From Octopus vulgaris (taxonomy: Eukaryota): a stretch of 64,000 bases of DNA. Below are positions 1 through 15,144 of the stretch, piece by piece. The notes beneath the pieces are model-generated. The model was not told where the DNA came from. It made no database searches and saw nothing but the letters and a program-made list of their open reading frames with translations. The position numbers and the translations under genes were made by a program. The DNA lies in assembly GCA_951406725.2 (NCBI GenBank), contig OX597831.1, positions 57,102,001 to 57,166,000 on the forward strand, in the 5' to 3' direction. Position 1 is the stretch's first letter. Each line of letters begins with the position of its first letter.

Positions 1-47
1 TCAAAGGCATTTTGGTTTGATGTTAAGCCGAAGGGATATGATGCGAC

Positions 48-777
<730 letters not shown>

Positions 778-1313
778 TACAAACTCATGATTGCAGCAGT
801 TTTTGAATTAAGCTTTAATAACAGACAATATTTGATGTGGGCGTAGGAATTTTTAAAAAGAAAAATAAAGTGTTTGTATTCGGCGTGTGTGTATGTTTGC
901 ACGCGTGCACGTGCGTATGTGTGTGAGGGTGTGGCTGGGAGAGAGAGAGAGAGAGAGAGCGGGAGAGAAAGAGAGAAAGGAAAACCGAGATCGAAAATCA
1001 CCTCTTTAGTATTTCCCATTTTATTTCAGCCTAATCGTCTGCTAACCTATCCAGTCGATCTCCAAGTGAAATAATGAATTATTTTCAGATATTGAGCACC
1101 GATTAAATTTCCATGCGGTGACATTTCCTCTTTAAGTGTTTTCTTTTCAGTGTAAATATGCAGAGCAACGTGCGTTTCCTGTGAAATACGTCAAATTAAG
1201 TGCTGAAACTTAAGACCTGCTCGATCTACTTTCGGCTTATCGGCTTAACACTAAGCATCGTAAATGTAAGTGCTCCTTCCCAAGCTCCGATGGAATTTTT
1301 TTAAAAAGAAGGC

Positions 1314-1383
<70 letters not shown>

Positions 1384-1565
1384 ATATACATATATGTTTG
1401 TGTGTGAGTGTATATATATATATATATATATATACACCCACGCCAATTCATGCGTTATTAATAGCAAATCTAAAACTGCTGCAATCGCGAGTATATGGAT
1501 CTTTGTATGTGTATAAATACATACATATATACAAATATTTATGCATACAAGGATACCTACCTACA

Positions 1566-1622
<57 letters not shown>

Positions 1623-1674
1623 CATATATATATATATACACACATATATATACATATACATGTATATATATATA

Positions 1675-2485
1675 CTAGCAGTATTGCCCGGCTCGTGCGC
1701 TCGTGCGTTCTATGCACGCGCGAATTAAGCTAAACTTGGATGAAGTTCAATCAAAATTCAATTATTTTGGTTTTAAAATCAAACATTTAATGCCCTCTAT
1801 TTTTGCGCTTATGTGTTCCATTTCCTCAATGGGAAGTACGTAGAAGCGTTTCATAATTTTTTGTTGATCAAATAATTGCATAGTTGAATTATTATTTTAG
1901 ATCAGTATTTCCCAACGGGGTTTTCGGGGGGAGAGTTTCAGAGAGTCGCTGGCGCTGTATCGTGATGATCAAAAATCCGGCCTGCTAAAATTTGGTTAAA
2001 GTGATTCAAACTGCAGACTCAACGCAATATGGTCACATTGAAAACAATTGGTATGTGTTCACAAAGTCCAAACGATTAATACGAAAAAAACCCTCCTGGC
2101 TACATCCCGAAAATTCATTTCTTTGCCGAATTTCTACAATGTTTACGGCGATTCGTTTTTATATCTTGAATTTTTATTATTTTTCATGCAATTTACGCAT
2201 GCTTGCAGGCGTGGTGAACACAGTTCACATCAAACAGCTGATGTGTAAAGTTCACTATTCAGTGCATGGGATAAGGCCTAAACAAATACATTATCGATTT
2301 TTGTACTTGCGAGATGAATTTCGGAACAGAAATAGCGCAGTTCAATTTTCATTCGCCTAAACTTTAAGTGACCCATTTTTGGTGGTTCTACGATTTGTTG
2401 GCTAGGAGGCGATGTGCCGGGAAGTTAAACACACAGACACACACACAGATACACAGACAGACACACAAGTTGAGTTTTATATATA
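1675..2485 (-). mobile_element. Non-autonomous Helitron (related family)
   Basis: Minus-strand 3' end gccgggcaatactgCTAG|T is nearly identical to the 4790-4807 end; the 5' part tataaaactcaacttgtgtgtctgtctgtg parallels the 4430 start. Confidence 0.7.
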
Positions 2486-2611
2486 TATCATATAAGGAAA
2501 GGAAAAAATATACGCGTACACGATCCTTTAATACATATATACAATATTTAATAGATATATACAGATATTTATGCATATAAGTATACCTACTTACACGCAT
2601 ATATATATATC

Positions 2612-3321
2612 ATATAAGGAAAGGAAAAAATATAAGCGTACACGATCCTTTGATACAAATCCAATAAAGATTCTACAAGTTGTTTTCAAGCCTAATTTAT
2701 TAAAAAAATATATAAAATAATCCTTTTGAAATCACAAATTAGGCTTTTCTTTAGGAATTCATTATTGGAATGAATGGGTTCAACCAACAAAAATATAAAG
2801 ACCTTTACGATATCCCAGAAAAGGAACAAACATGTAAATTATGATAGAAAGAAGTTACCCGAACGCCAAACCGATTAAAACCAGAAAACCTATATAAATC
2901 CATTTCAGCGTTAATTCAAATGACATTTCACAATATATAAATATTTGTTGACGACATTTGCCATTACCGTCTATACATAAAGGATATAGACACCCAATCT
3001 ACAGATACTCTATTAACTACTAAGAATTTAATTGCTTGCTCCTTTCTGGGCTATTGAAAAGGTCTTTATATTTTTGTTGGTTGTACCCATTCATTCTAAG
3101 AATGAATTCCCGAAGAAAAGCCTAATTTGTGATTTCAAAAAAATTATTTTTCTTATTTTTTCGTTTCGTTTTCAATTAATTAGACTTGGAAACAACTTGT
3201 AGAATCTTAATTGAATTTATACCAACTTTGCATTGGTATATAAATATAAGCGTCTACGCTTATAAATATAAGCATTATAAATATAAGCGTCTACGCTTAT
3301 ATTTATTTCCTTTCCTTATAT
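2612..3321. repeat. Foldback element with ~220-bp imperfect inverted arms
   Basis: atataaggaaaggaaaaaatataagcgta...cccagaaaaggaacaa is mirrored by ttgctcctttctggg...tacgcttatatttatttcctttccttatat; the left terminus is also duplicated at ~2490-2530. Confidence 0.8.
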
Positions 3322-3471
3322 TTTATTTATTGATTATATAAATATTGAATGCATAGTCTTTCTTTTTATATATTTTTTTGCTTGGATTGAACCGGCGAAC
3401 TTGGATGTTTAACACCCTATGAAGGATTTTGGTCCTTACTTCCATTATATATATATATATATTTTTTTTTT

Positions 3472-3739
3472 CGACCAGGCTATCAGATGTTGCTACACAT
3501 CGCTGGTCACAATGCACTTCGCATTGTTTTAGCCTTCAAATGCAGGCCAACAGAAGAAAGAGTGGGAGAAAGTTGTGGCGAAAGAGTACAGCAGGGATCG
3601 CCACACACCCCTACTGGAGCCACGTGGAGTTTTACGTGTTTTCGCTCAATAAACACTCACAACGCCCGGTCTGGGAATCGAAACCGCGATCCTACGAACG
3701 CGAGTCCGCTGCCCTAACCGCTGGGCCATTGTGCCTCCA
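3472..3739 (-). mobile_element. Family-C tRNA-derived SINE, tail type 1
   Basis: Head ggaggcacaatggcccagcggttagggcagcggactcgcg...ttcgattccc; tail gcattgtgaccagcgatgtgtagcaacatctgatagcctggtcg. Confidence 0.85.
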
Positions 3740-3751
3740 CACGCACACACG

Positions 3752-3785
<34 letters not shown>

Positions 3786-3998
3786 CAAGTGAGGATGTAT
3801 AAACCTCAGAGGGATATAAATATCTGGTTGAATATCTTATAATATAGGCACACACACATATGAGATGGCGATAAGATTAATAAAAATTTATTAATACATT
3901 GACAAGTCTTACAATTGTTTCAATTCATTGCTTATGGTATAAAATCAATCAAATTTAATTAAATGAAATCGTATATATTATATTATATTATATTATAT

Positions 3999-4068
<70 letters not shown>

Positions 4069-4319
4069 ATAATGATAATAATAATAATAATAATAAGAGT
4101 AAATAATTTCTATAATGGTTTTTAAAAAAGACCACAATTATTTGCTGGTAGAATTCGGTTATAGCCGATTATCGGTAGGAACTTCTGTAAAGTTCAGTAT
4201 ATATACTGTATATAAGAAAAAGGGACAGGCAACAGGTTGCTTGGCCTCATACCGAAAAATTAGAAATAGCAGTCAAAACTGTTTATTTCTATTTTCTACA
4301 AGTGGGGTCCACACACTAA

Positions 4320-4848
<529 letters not shown>

Positions 4849-5262
4849 CTAAACACACACACTCTCATACATATGTATAAAAGTTATGTTTTTCTAGATA
4901 TTTATAGAAAACATTACTATGTTCTAGTTTTAACGTCATTTTAAAATTCCCGCCCATTTTCATAGGAGTCATTTGTAGTTCACTTAAAAAATTTTGTTTC
5001 TAAATCCATCATAATGCTAAATGTTATTGTTGTTGTTACAAGCCCTTGGTCAATCCTGATCGAGCAGACCTATGATCAAAAACGCTACAGCTGTGACTAT
5101 CCTGTCTTTTTTTTTGGCAGGGACTATGTTGTGCAATGATTCGATATTGTTACCTTCTAAAGAACAAATACATCGCGAAGGATATATCGTAAGCAATTCA
5201 AAATTATTTACGACTACATCAGTGGCTAGATCATGCAATCAAAAAATACATTTTCATAAAAG

Positions 5263-5856
5263 AAGAGTGTATCATTTTGAATAAATCACAATTATAACAG
5301 AGAGGGCTGTAAAAACCCTTACATATCTAGAAATAGCAGTCAAAACCGATATAAAGCTACTATAAGCACATATTTTTGCATTCCTCTTTTATTATTTAAT
5401 TTTCACTCATATCCAGTTTTTCGCCGGGGCCCGTTTTACTGGTCTTTTCTTATAAAAGATGTGCATGATGCTAAAATTGAGAATTTGAATGTGTAGATAG
5501 AGGCTGACACATATTAATCCCCAAGGGACACATATTAATCCCCAAGGGACACATATTAATCCCCAAGGTATGTTTTTTGTGTTAATTTGTATCTACAGCA
5601 ACATCTTCCTGACGAGAAGAGTGGAGCCTTTTTTGGTTCCTAGTTTCGAAATTGCAATAGAGGACTAACCTTTTATTTTTATTTAAATTTTGAATTTTAT
5701 GCAATGTCGCCCGCCGACAGCTTTTTATTGTTGAAGTGATATAATATAAATGGTTATAGTGGCTTTATAGCGGCTTTGATAGCTATTTCTAGACATGTAA
5801 GGGTTTCTACAACCCTCTCCGTTATAATTGTGACTTATTCACAATTATACACTCTT
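5263..5856. mobile_element. Penelope-like terminal element: ~105-bp inverted repeats enclosing a 3x21-bp tandem repeat and a hammerhead motif
   Basis: 5263-5367 is the reverse complement of 5751-5856; gacacatattaatccccaagg x3 at 5506-5568; hammerhead at 5604-5664. Confidence 0.6.
5604..5664 (+). ncRNA. Minimal type-I hammerhead ribozyme motif
   Basis: tcttc-CTGACGA-[gaag..ggagcc tttttt ggttcc..tttc]-GAAA-ttgcaa-TA-gagga: intact core, G10.1-C11.1 pair, palindromic stem III, 5-bp stem I. Confidence 0.75.
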
Positions 5857-5952
5857 GAAGTACCACGTAACCGAATCAAACTGTTTTAAATAATACATTT
5901 AACCTCTACTGCTTGTGCTGAGTGTCCTTTTCCGTTTGTCTACTCATATATA

Positions 5953-6024
<72 letters not shown>

Positions 6025-6026
6025 TT

Positions 6027-6091
<65 letters not shown>

Positions 6092-6172
6092 TCATTCAAA
6101 ATGTGACCGCGTGTGTACCGTTGGCGCTTTTTTCCCTCTGTCTTCCCTTCTCTGGATCTTTCCTTCTCCTAT

Positions 6173-6207
6173 GTTTTCGACGAAGAGCTCCGCTCGAAAC
6201 GTTAAAC
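6173..6207 (+). ncRNA. Degenerate minimal hammerhead motif
   Basis: gttt-TCGACGA-a-gagc tcc gctc-GAAACGTT-aaac; stems intact, first two core positions altered. Confidence 0.5.
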
Positions 6208-6685
6208 CCTCCTTCTTCCCTTCCTTCCTGAGCGTCCAATAATACTATATTTGTTCCACGTCCTCGCGTTGTTGCGTTTTTTTGTGCTTTCATGTTTGGA
6301 TTAACTTTATATATATATATGTATATATATATGTATATATATGCATATATTCATACATATATGTATTTCTACATTCGAAAAGCGGAGTAGATAAAACAGG
6401 GGACAACTGATGAAGAGAATGTTCTTTATGGTGCCTGTCTCGTGTCTCAATTTGTTTCTTTCGTTGTTCGAAAAAAAGTTCGTTTATCTATGTTTTTGTT
6501 TTTTTATGTTCTCGTTTCTCATTCTGTCTACGTTTTTTTTTATGTCCTGTACCCTTATATGCATGTATATATATACATGTATATGCATGTATGTACATAT
6601 ATGTATGTATGTATATATGCATATATTTATATATTATTTATATTATTATATGATCGAACGCCACGCACCCATTTCCAAGTAAGTT

Positions 6686-6788
<103 letters not shown>

Positions 6789-8190
6789 CATACACATCTA
6801 TATATATATATATATATGTATTTATCTATCTATCTAACTTCACATACATATGCATATATATACATGAATATATATACATATATATATACACATGTATATG
6901 AGTGTGTATATATATATATATACACACATATATATATATATATATGTATACACACACACACGCATACACATATATATATTCTTTACTTGTTTCAGTCATT
7001 AGACTGCGGCCATTCTGTGCACTACCTTATGTATGTATGCATGTATGTATGTATGTATGTATGTATGTATGTATGTATGTATGTATGTATGTATATATAT
7101 GTGTGTGTGTGGGGGGTATGCATAAACACGCACATGCGTACACACATTATATACTCATATACATACATAGAAACATACATACATACTATATAGACGTTTA
7201 TAATAACAGATCCCGAAAGGAATCAACGGCCCTTCCTGAGCCATACATTCATGAGGCCGGTTTCCCGGATTCAGTGGCTTATATATTACCCACTGGACGG
7301 GACGCCGGACCAGTTACAGGATCGCTAATTTTAAGCAGCTGAGTGGACAGAAGCAACACGAAATCAGGGTTTTTATCCATGAACACATTGCACGGTCCGG
7401 GAATTGAAACCACAATCTTACGACCATGAATGGGATCGGCGAAATAAGTACCAGTTACATACTGGGATCGATATAATCAACTAGACCCTGCCCCCCCCGA
7501 AAAATAAAGACAGGATAGTCAGAGCTGTAGCGCTTTTGACTATGAATGTAACACCCTGACCACTATGCCACGCGCCTCAACTATGCCCAATGTGTGTGTG
7601 CGTGTGTGTTATATTTTGCCAAATGGAATGGAGTATTTTTGGTGCGCCATTTAAAAAGGTAGAAGCTTACAATTCAATTCTATAACAACAACTCGGTTGG
7701 ACTGGAACGGCCAAAGAATGTGATTTTGCCAAGGAAGCAATCAAATACTCCTTACGGTATTTTAACGTGCATGGTAAATTATAGACCGAATATTTACCGT
7801 TTCCTTACATGGTATCGATTTACTTTGAAACGTTTGCGTTCATCTGCTCAAGTTCACGTCTTTGATTATCCGATTTTATTCCATTCTATCAAGCATAAAT
7901 AATTTTATGGATGTTGCTGGGAAATGAATCGTTTTGGAAAGAAGCACGTGTATGTGTATGTCTATGTTTATGTGTGTGTGTGTGCGTGCGCGCGTGCGTT
8001 TATGCATGTATGCATGTACCTACGTATGCATGTTTGTATGTATGTATATATGTATGTATGTATGTAGCTATCTATCGAGAGAAAGAGAGAAAGGCTGTCT
8101 CAGACTCAAAACACATATTAGTTAGCTCTATCTCAATGTATCGAGCACCATTGTGAGCTTAACATTCTCATATCAATGAGATATATAACG

Positions 8191-8298
<108 letters not shown>

Positions 8299-8477
8299 CA
8301 ATAATTGAGGAACGACCACAGCATAGGCCGTTCAACCCACTAGAAAGAGCAGCCAGGGCTCCAACCGCAAATAGTAGTAATTCCGAAATATATATATATA
8401 TATATATATATTCATATATGTACGCGCACATACATGTGTATGCGTGCTTGTAACATGTGTATGTTACATGTGTCTGT

Positions 8478-8552
<75 letters not shown>

Positions 8553-8795
8553 CTAGCTGAAGTGCCTATCACCAATCTTGGTTACAATCACCAATTTTTG
8601 AACCAGTTAACATTATATTCTAAAGCAAATCAACAGAAGATAAAGGTTATTTTGTGTCTTCGCTTATGGATTTTCAAATAGATTAGAACATCTGGAAAAG
8701 TATTACATTAATACTAAAAGTATACTTCAATACTAAAAATTATAAAACGTTTATGTTACTTCTTAGATGAAATTAAAAAAAAAAAATTTTCCTAT

Positions 8796-8955
8796 AGGCG
8801 CAGGAGTGGCTGTGTGGTAAGTAGCTTGCTTACCAACCACATGGTTCCGGGTTCAGTCGCATGGCCTTAGGCAAGTGTCATCTACTATAGCCTCGGGACG
8901 ACCGAAGCCTTGTGTTTGGATTTGGTAGACGGAAACTGAAGAAGCCCGTAGTGTG

Positions 8956-9046
<91 letters not shown>

Positions 9047-9222
9047 TTGTGTGTGTGTTTGTGTGTCTGTGTTTGTCACCCCAACATCGCTTGACAACCG
9101 ATGCTGGTGTGTTTACGCCCCCGTAACTTAGCGGTTCAGCACAAGAATAAGTACTAGGCTTACAAAGAATAAGTCCTTTTGACAGCATGGCCGCAGTCAA
9201 ATGACTGAAACAAGTAAAAGAG
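8796..9222 (+). mobile_element. Family-B CORE-like SINE with internal (TA)n(TG)n microsatellite
   Basis: ggcgcaggagtggctgtgtggtaag A-box, ggttcagtc B-box, ccttaggcaagtgtc CORE-like segment, internal microsatellite, tail gactgaaacaagtaaaagagt. Confidence 0.88.
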
Positions 9223-9269
9223 TGTCATTATTGTGTGAATTTTATATATCAACAGCAAGGTTTTTACAT

Positions 9270-10030
9270 GGGCAACGAGATGGTAGAATCCTTAGAGCTT
9301 CAGACAAAATGTTTTGTTATATTCGACTCGGGTCTTTTGGTTCTGTGCTCAAATCACGCCGGAGTCAACTTTCTTCTTCCTTTCGAAGTCGATGAAATAA
9401 AAATACCAGTCAAGTATTGTGGTCGATGGTATCGATGAAACACTTCGCTTCAATTTTTTTGACCTTGTACCTACACCAGAAACCATTATTAATGTGCCCA
9501 TAAGGCGGCGAGCTGGTAGAATCGTTAACACGCCGGACAAAATACTTTGCGGCATTTCGTCCGTGTTTGCGTTCTGAGCTCAAATTCCGCCGAGGTCGAT
9601 TTTGCCTTTCATCCTTTCGGGATCGGCGAAATAAGTACCAGTTACGTACTGAGATCGATATAATCGACTAGCCCCTCTCCCAAGATTTCAGACCCAGAAA
9701 GGGTTATTATTGCAGGTTCAAATTCTACCGAAGTCGGTCGACTATGTCTTTCATCTTTTCGGGGTCGATGAAATAAGTACCAGTTGTGCATTAGGGTAAT
9801 GCACAATCTACTAGTGTCCTCCCTGAAAACTTCAGGCTTTGTGCCTATAGTAGAAAAGATTATTAATTCGTCGATAGGGCGGTGAATTGGTAGAATTTTG
9901 GGTGTCGGTGAAAATGCATTGCATATATGTCCCGGCTTTTTATGTTCTGAGTTCAAATTCAATCGATGTCGAATCCACCTTTTCTCTTTTCGAGTGTCAC
10001 TAAAATAAAGTACCAGTCAAATACTGGTTC
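9270..10030 (+). mobile_element. Head-to-tail cluster of ~4 family-A tRNA-derived SINEs
   Basis: Repeated ggcggcgagctgg(t/c)agaatcgtta head, gagttcaaattcc B-box and gccgaggtcgactttgcctttcatcctttcggggtcgat..aagtaccag core; best copy starts at 9503. Confidence 0.85.
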
Positions 10031-10079
10031 AACTTAAATTAAAAGCAATTATCAAGAAGGTTAAGAGAGAGAGGAGTGG

Positions 10080-10118
<39 letters not shown>

Positions 10119-11181
10119 TCACTAGAACATTGGATAAAATGTTTTTTGGGTATTTGTTTCGGCTATTGGTGCACTGAGTTCAAATCCCACAGAAGTTAAC
10201 TTTACCATTTCATTTTTCAGAGTCAATAAGTAATATGTCGTTCCTTGGGTAGTAGTGGAATGGATTGGGGTGCAGGAACGATCTATTTCAACTCAGTGTG
10301 TTCTGAGTTAGAAATCCCATCCGGACTACCATTATAGTAAAGCAGCTTCTTCCAGAGAGATTTAAATTAACCCACCAAGAAAATCGCAGCAAAGCTGCGT
10401 CATAGTGGCGTCACACGTGACATGCAGACCATCACATAACTTGTTTGAAATTGCGTTTTTATTCTTCTCTTTATTTTGACATACGCATTGCTTTTTATTC
10501 GTCTCTTCCATTTTACAAATTCAGGGTGCGTCTGTGTATTGCGTATTCACACTTCTTTTTCCGGTTCCTACTCAAAACTGTTTACAGATCACAACCATTT
10601 CACGAATCTGCGTTCGTGAGGAGCACTTCGCCCGCTGATGGTTGTTAAAAATAATACCATTGTGTGACGGTAAACCAGGTGCTCGAAGTGTTCAGTACAG
10701 CACTATGATTAAAATGAAGACAATGGTTATAATAAAGAAGTTTAACAGGCACAACGACACAAGTTTCGGAGTAGAGTATAGATGATAGACAGTAACTCAA
10801 CCTATAGGAAAGAGGTGCAAGAGATACACTGTAACTGCATTCTGGAATTTCCTAGTGTTACAGAAAGCTTTTGTATGTATTAAAAATTGGCATTTTGATA
10901 TTGGGTAGAGAGCAGGCCCAGAAAGAAACTTTGTATACTCTGATAAAATATCTTTCAGAGGCCGTGTACAGAGCCGCAGGTTTTGGAAGATTGATGAAGG
11001 AGAGTAATACAAGTCCTGATGATCTCTGAAGACCGCGGAATGGATCAAGAATGGATCAGAAGGTTCGCTAACAGAATTAATTCCAGACAGAGGTATCGGA
11101 TGCTACACACGTGGCAATACATTTTTATAAAAGAGCTTTCTATCCGAGGAGCTGGGAAGATATTTGCAGAGAAAGAAAAAG

Positions 11182-11260
<79 letters not shown>

Positions 11261-11684
11261 GATAGATAGGTAGGCAGATAGGTAGATAGAGAGAGGGGAG
11301 AGGGAGAGAGAGAGGTGATAACCAGCAGTAAAACCACCAACAACAAGGACATCAAATCTAATATACTTCTCTTCTTTGCACTCTTTTATAAACCAATAGC
11401 AACAACAACATTAGCTCCACAAATCTACCGTTTCTACAGTATTTGAACTCCACGAAAAGCCAGCAAGAGGATGAAAGGCAAAATCGACCTCAGCGGAATT
11501 TTAACTCAGAACGTAGCGACGGACAAGAGGGGAGGCTGGCATGCATGAGCGACTATTGGTCTTCCAAAGACGGATAGTTATGGTTGGAAAGCCTTTGAAT
11601 AGGCCAGCTTTTCCAGATCAGGATCTATCTGGCTAAATAACAACAGGAATCAATATACAGTGCGACCTCAGTTTATCACGGTTC

Positions 11685-11734
<50 letters not shown>

Positions 11735-11750
11735 TTCATTGTTGTTATTA

Positions 11751-11970
11751 AGGTGGCGAGCTGGCAGAATCGTTAGCACGCCGGACGAAATGCTTAGCGG
11801 TATTTCGTCCGTCGCTATGTTCTGAGTTCAAATTCCGCTGAGGTCGACTTTGCCTTTAATCCTTTCGGGGATCGATGAAATAAGTATCAGTTGAGCACTG
11901 GCACCGATGTAATCGACTATCCCCCCCTCTCTGCCCATATTTCAGACCTTGTGCATATAGTAGGAAAGAA
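11751..11970 (+). mobile_element. Family-A SINE, full length, within (TTA)n
   Basis: Head, B-box, core and ccttgtgcatatagtaggaaag tail; (TTA)n on both sides. Confidence 0.9.
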
Positions 11971-12057
<87 letters not shown>

Positions 12058-12124
12058 CGGGTACTCTGCGGTCCTAGCTAGTAATGTATTATCAAATATG
12101 CAGATGTAAATACTTCAGTTAAAA

Positions 12125-12159
<35 letters not shown>

Positions 12160-12502
12160 ACAAACAAACAAACAAATAAAATCACATTGTTTAATCCTTT
12201 ATCATTCAGATTACTCTGTCAAGTGTAATGCTTATTTATTCACATTGTTTGAATTAATTCTGCATTGTTTCAAAGCCACAAGACTTTGATGACGTGACTG
12301 TTTATTTTTAAAATGATATTATGATATTATTGGGTAAGTGTGTGAGATCGGATTTGGTCAGTTTTAAACACAGAAAAAATAGAATATTTGGAGTTGACTT
12401 AGGTGGAACTGGGAGGATTGCCATGTTTGATAAATTTAAGATTTTTTTTAATAGTAATAATCCTGTGCAGTCAGTGGTCTGTAGAAAGAAGCATTCACTC
12501 AC

Positions 12503-12825
12503 TGGCACTCCGTTGCTTACGACGATGAGTGTTCCAGTTGATCCGATCAACCGAACAGCCTGCTCATGAAATTAACGTGCAAGTGGCTGAGCACTCAACA
12601 GACACGTGTACCTTAACGGAGTTCACAGGGAGATTCTGCGTGATACAAACTGTGACAAAGCTGGCCCTTTGAAATACAGGTCCAACTCGTTTTTGTCAAC
12701 TGACTGGACTGGAGCAAGGTGAAATAAAGTGTCTTGCTGAAGGACACAACGCGTCGCCAGGAATTGAACTCACGATTTTATGAATGTGAGACCATTGCTC
12801 TAACCACTAAACCACGCGCCTTCAC
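12503..12825 (-). mobile_element. Family-D CORE-SINE
   Basis: tRNA-like head gtgaaggcgcgtggtttagtggttag; CORE-like gttgtgtccttcagcaagacactttatttcaccttgctccagtcca; tail ending ggagtgcca. Confidence 0.85.
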
Positions 12826-13232
12826 TGAGAGAAGAATTATATGGACACCAACTCTGCTTCGTCTTCTCATTAATAAAGGAGAGCAAACAATTATTTTGAG
12901 AGAGCCTAATTAAATAACATTGTATCTGGTTCTGAAAATCTTTTTGCTTTTTTTTTTACTGATAGTCGTACACCAACACATTTTCTTGTCTCTGACTCAA
13001 CAATAAATTGTATTAACTTGTCCTTGTGTTGCATAATCTGTTGAATAATTTATTGATGTTCGCTCACAATAGGCGCATGCATGGCTGTGTGGCGAAGAGC
13101 TTGCTTCCCAACCACATGGTTCCGGATTCAATCCCACTGCGGGGCACCTTGGGCAAGTGTCACCTTGTGAGTAGATTTGGTAGACTGAAACTGAAAGACG
13201 CCCGTCGTGTGTACATATATATATATATATAT

Positions 13233-13541
13233 ATCACCGTGATCACCGTGACCGACCAGGCTATCAGATGTTGCTACACACCGCTGGTCACAATGCGTTT
13301 CGCATTGTTTTACCCTTTAAATGACGCCACCCCGCTGGCTTAGCGAGCAGGCCAACAGAAGAAAGAGTGAGAGAAAGTTGCGGCGAAAGAGTACAGCAGG
13401 GATTGCCACCATCCCCTGCCGGAGCCTCGTGGAGCTTTAGGTGTTTTCGCTCAATAAACACTCACAATGCCTAGTCTAGGAATCGAAGCCGTGATCCTAT
13501 GACCGCGAGTCCGCTGCCCTAACCACTGGGCCATTGCGCCT

Positions 13542-13544
<3 letters not shown>
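13233..13544 (-). mobile_element. Family-C SINE, tail type 1, inserted at the microsatellite of a family-B SINE
   Basis: Same head and tail as 3472-3739, with a (cacggtgat) terminal repeat. Confidence 0.88.
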
Positions 13545-13613
<69 letters not shown>

Positions 13614-13832
13614 GCATATAAGAAATAACTGAAATTCAGTTGAATTAGGTACTTAAGTTGAAGCACGAAGTCAGTCCGGTATTATCCGCACAGCTCGAAG
13701 ATGGTACTGCTTTAAAATTGATGTAATGATTGCATTGTTCAATTAAATGAAGTCGCTTGAAACGGTCATACTGCATCACTACTCGATATCCTGTTGCTTA
13801 TTTTGCTTCTCTCTCTCTCTCTCTCTCTCTCT

Positions 13833-13872
<40 letters not shown>

Positions 13873-13957
13873 GAAATTATAGAAAAACAAAAGACGAAGA
13901 CAGGTATATGAACAACAAGCAGGTGTATTAGTTTGACGCTCGGCAAAGTGAGAAAGT

Positions 13958-13993
13958 CTTTTACATTTCGAGACTACACTCTTCAACAGAAAG
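13958..13993 (-). ncRNA. Degenerate minimal hammerhead motif
   Basis: Minus strand cttt-CTGTTGA-a-gag tgtagt ctc-GAAATGTA-aaag; A6U core change. Confidence 0.45.
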
Positions 13994-14615
13994 GAATAAG
14001 AGAAAATAAACAGAGAGAATAAAAAAAAACTATATATATATATACTTACTTACAAGGTGAACAAAAGTGTACGTACATTGCTATATGTACATACAAATCC
14101 CCTCAAAAGTGGAACAAGAACGCAACAGACGACAATAAAACATCCAGACAAATAGACGATGCGAAGACGAACAGGAAAAACAAAAAAAAAAAAAAGACAG
14201 AGAGGAAGAAACAAGGGCGGGTCATTTGCAGCCTCCTCTCATCAGTCAAATTATCTAATTATTCTTATAGTTTCGGGCAGTTACACTTGAGACTGTTCAA
14301 ATCTGGCTGTCCCCAAAGATCTAAGCTTAGAGCATTACATTTTTGGGGAGAAAGCAAGCAAATATGTACGTCAACAAAGACAAAAAACGGAGAACATGTT
14401 ACACAATTACAAATACAAACAGCAAGAAAATAACAACAGGTGTCTTTCGACTAATAAAGACAAATCAAGTTGAGCTGGCGTGTGTAGAGTGAAAGCTTCG
14501 ATGCAGGAAATAGGATATGAACATAAGAGATGAAAGTCAAGAGACAGGAATATGAGATGCTTCGCGGACTGCAGTCGAGCCAAGAAAGAAAGATCATAAC
14601 AGTTTTAGTAACGTA

Positions 14616-15144
14616 CCGTAAATCCTCGAATATAGTCTGCCCTTGGGTATAACACGCAGGGGATGTTTAGGGGGCTGTACCTCTGAAAAACCTAAACCTT
14701 GTGTATAATACGCACCCCTTCTCTAACTTGAGTCGTGCGCAATTCAGCCAGCAGTATCTAGTCGAATAAACACTTCCGTGCATGCGTGATACAATAATGG
14801 TGATGTTCTTAACTGTTATATGGGAATGTAGATATGTTTACAAATTGTTTTTGTTACATGTTATTCTGTGCTCTGAATACTTTTATTTTAATAAATGTTG
14901 CTTACTGCAGGTTATGGATGATTCTTTTATGACTTCATTGCTTTCTGCTTTCAGGCTTAGCTTAAGGTATTTTCGCGCCCGACATTACGAAATTCGTCTG
15001 AATAAACATAGCCAGACAGCAAATAGAGACTCGGACATTGCTTAGAAAATATTTTTCATTTTTAAACCTCGTCTATAGTACGCACTAGGGATTTTGACCT
15101 TTAAATTTTGGGGGAAAATGCGTGTTATACTCGAGGATTTACGG
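14616..15144. mobile_element. Tc1/mariner-pogo (Tigger-like) MITE
   Basis: TIRs CCGTAAATCCTCGA(A/G)TATA and TATACTCGAGGATTTACGG; TA target duplication at 14614-15 and 15145-46; repeated subterminal motif gtataa(c/t)acgca. Confidence 0.88.

Noticed and set aside
5506-5568. 3x21-bp direct repeat as a CRISPR-like array
   Set aside because: No spacers and eukaryotic context; a simple minisatellite.
6372-6430. GAAA...CTGATGA arrangement resembling a type-II hammerhead
   Set aside because: Stems I and III do not pair convincingly.
10380-11180. Unique block suspected to be an LTR-retrotransposon remnant or exon
   Set aside because: No sustained reading frame or recognisable gag/pol motif.
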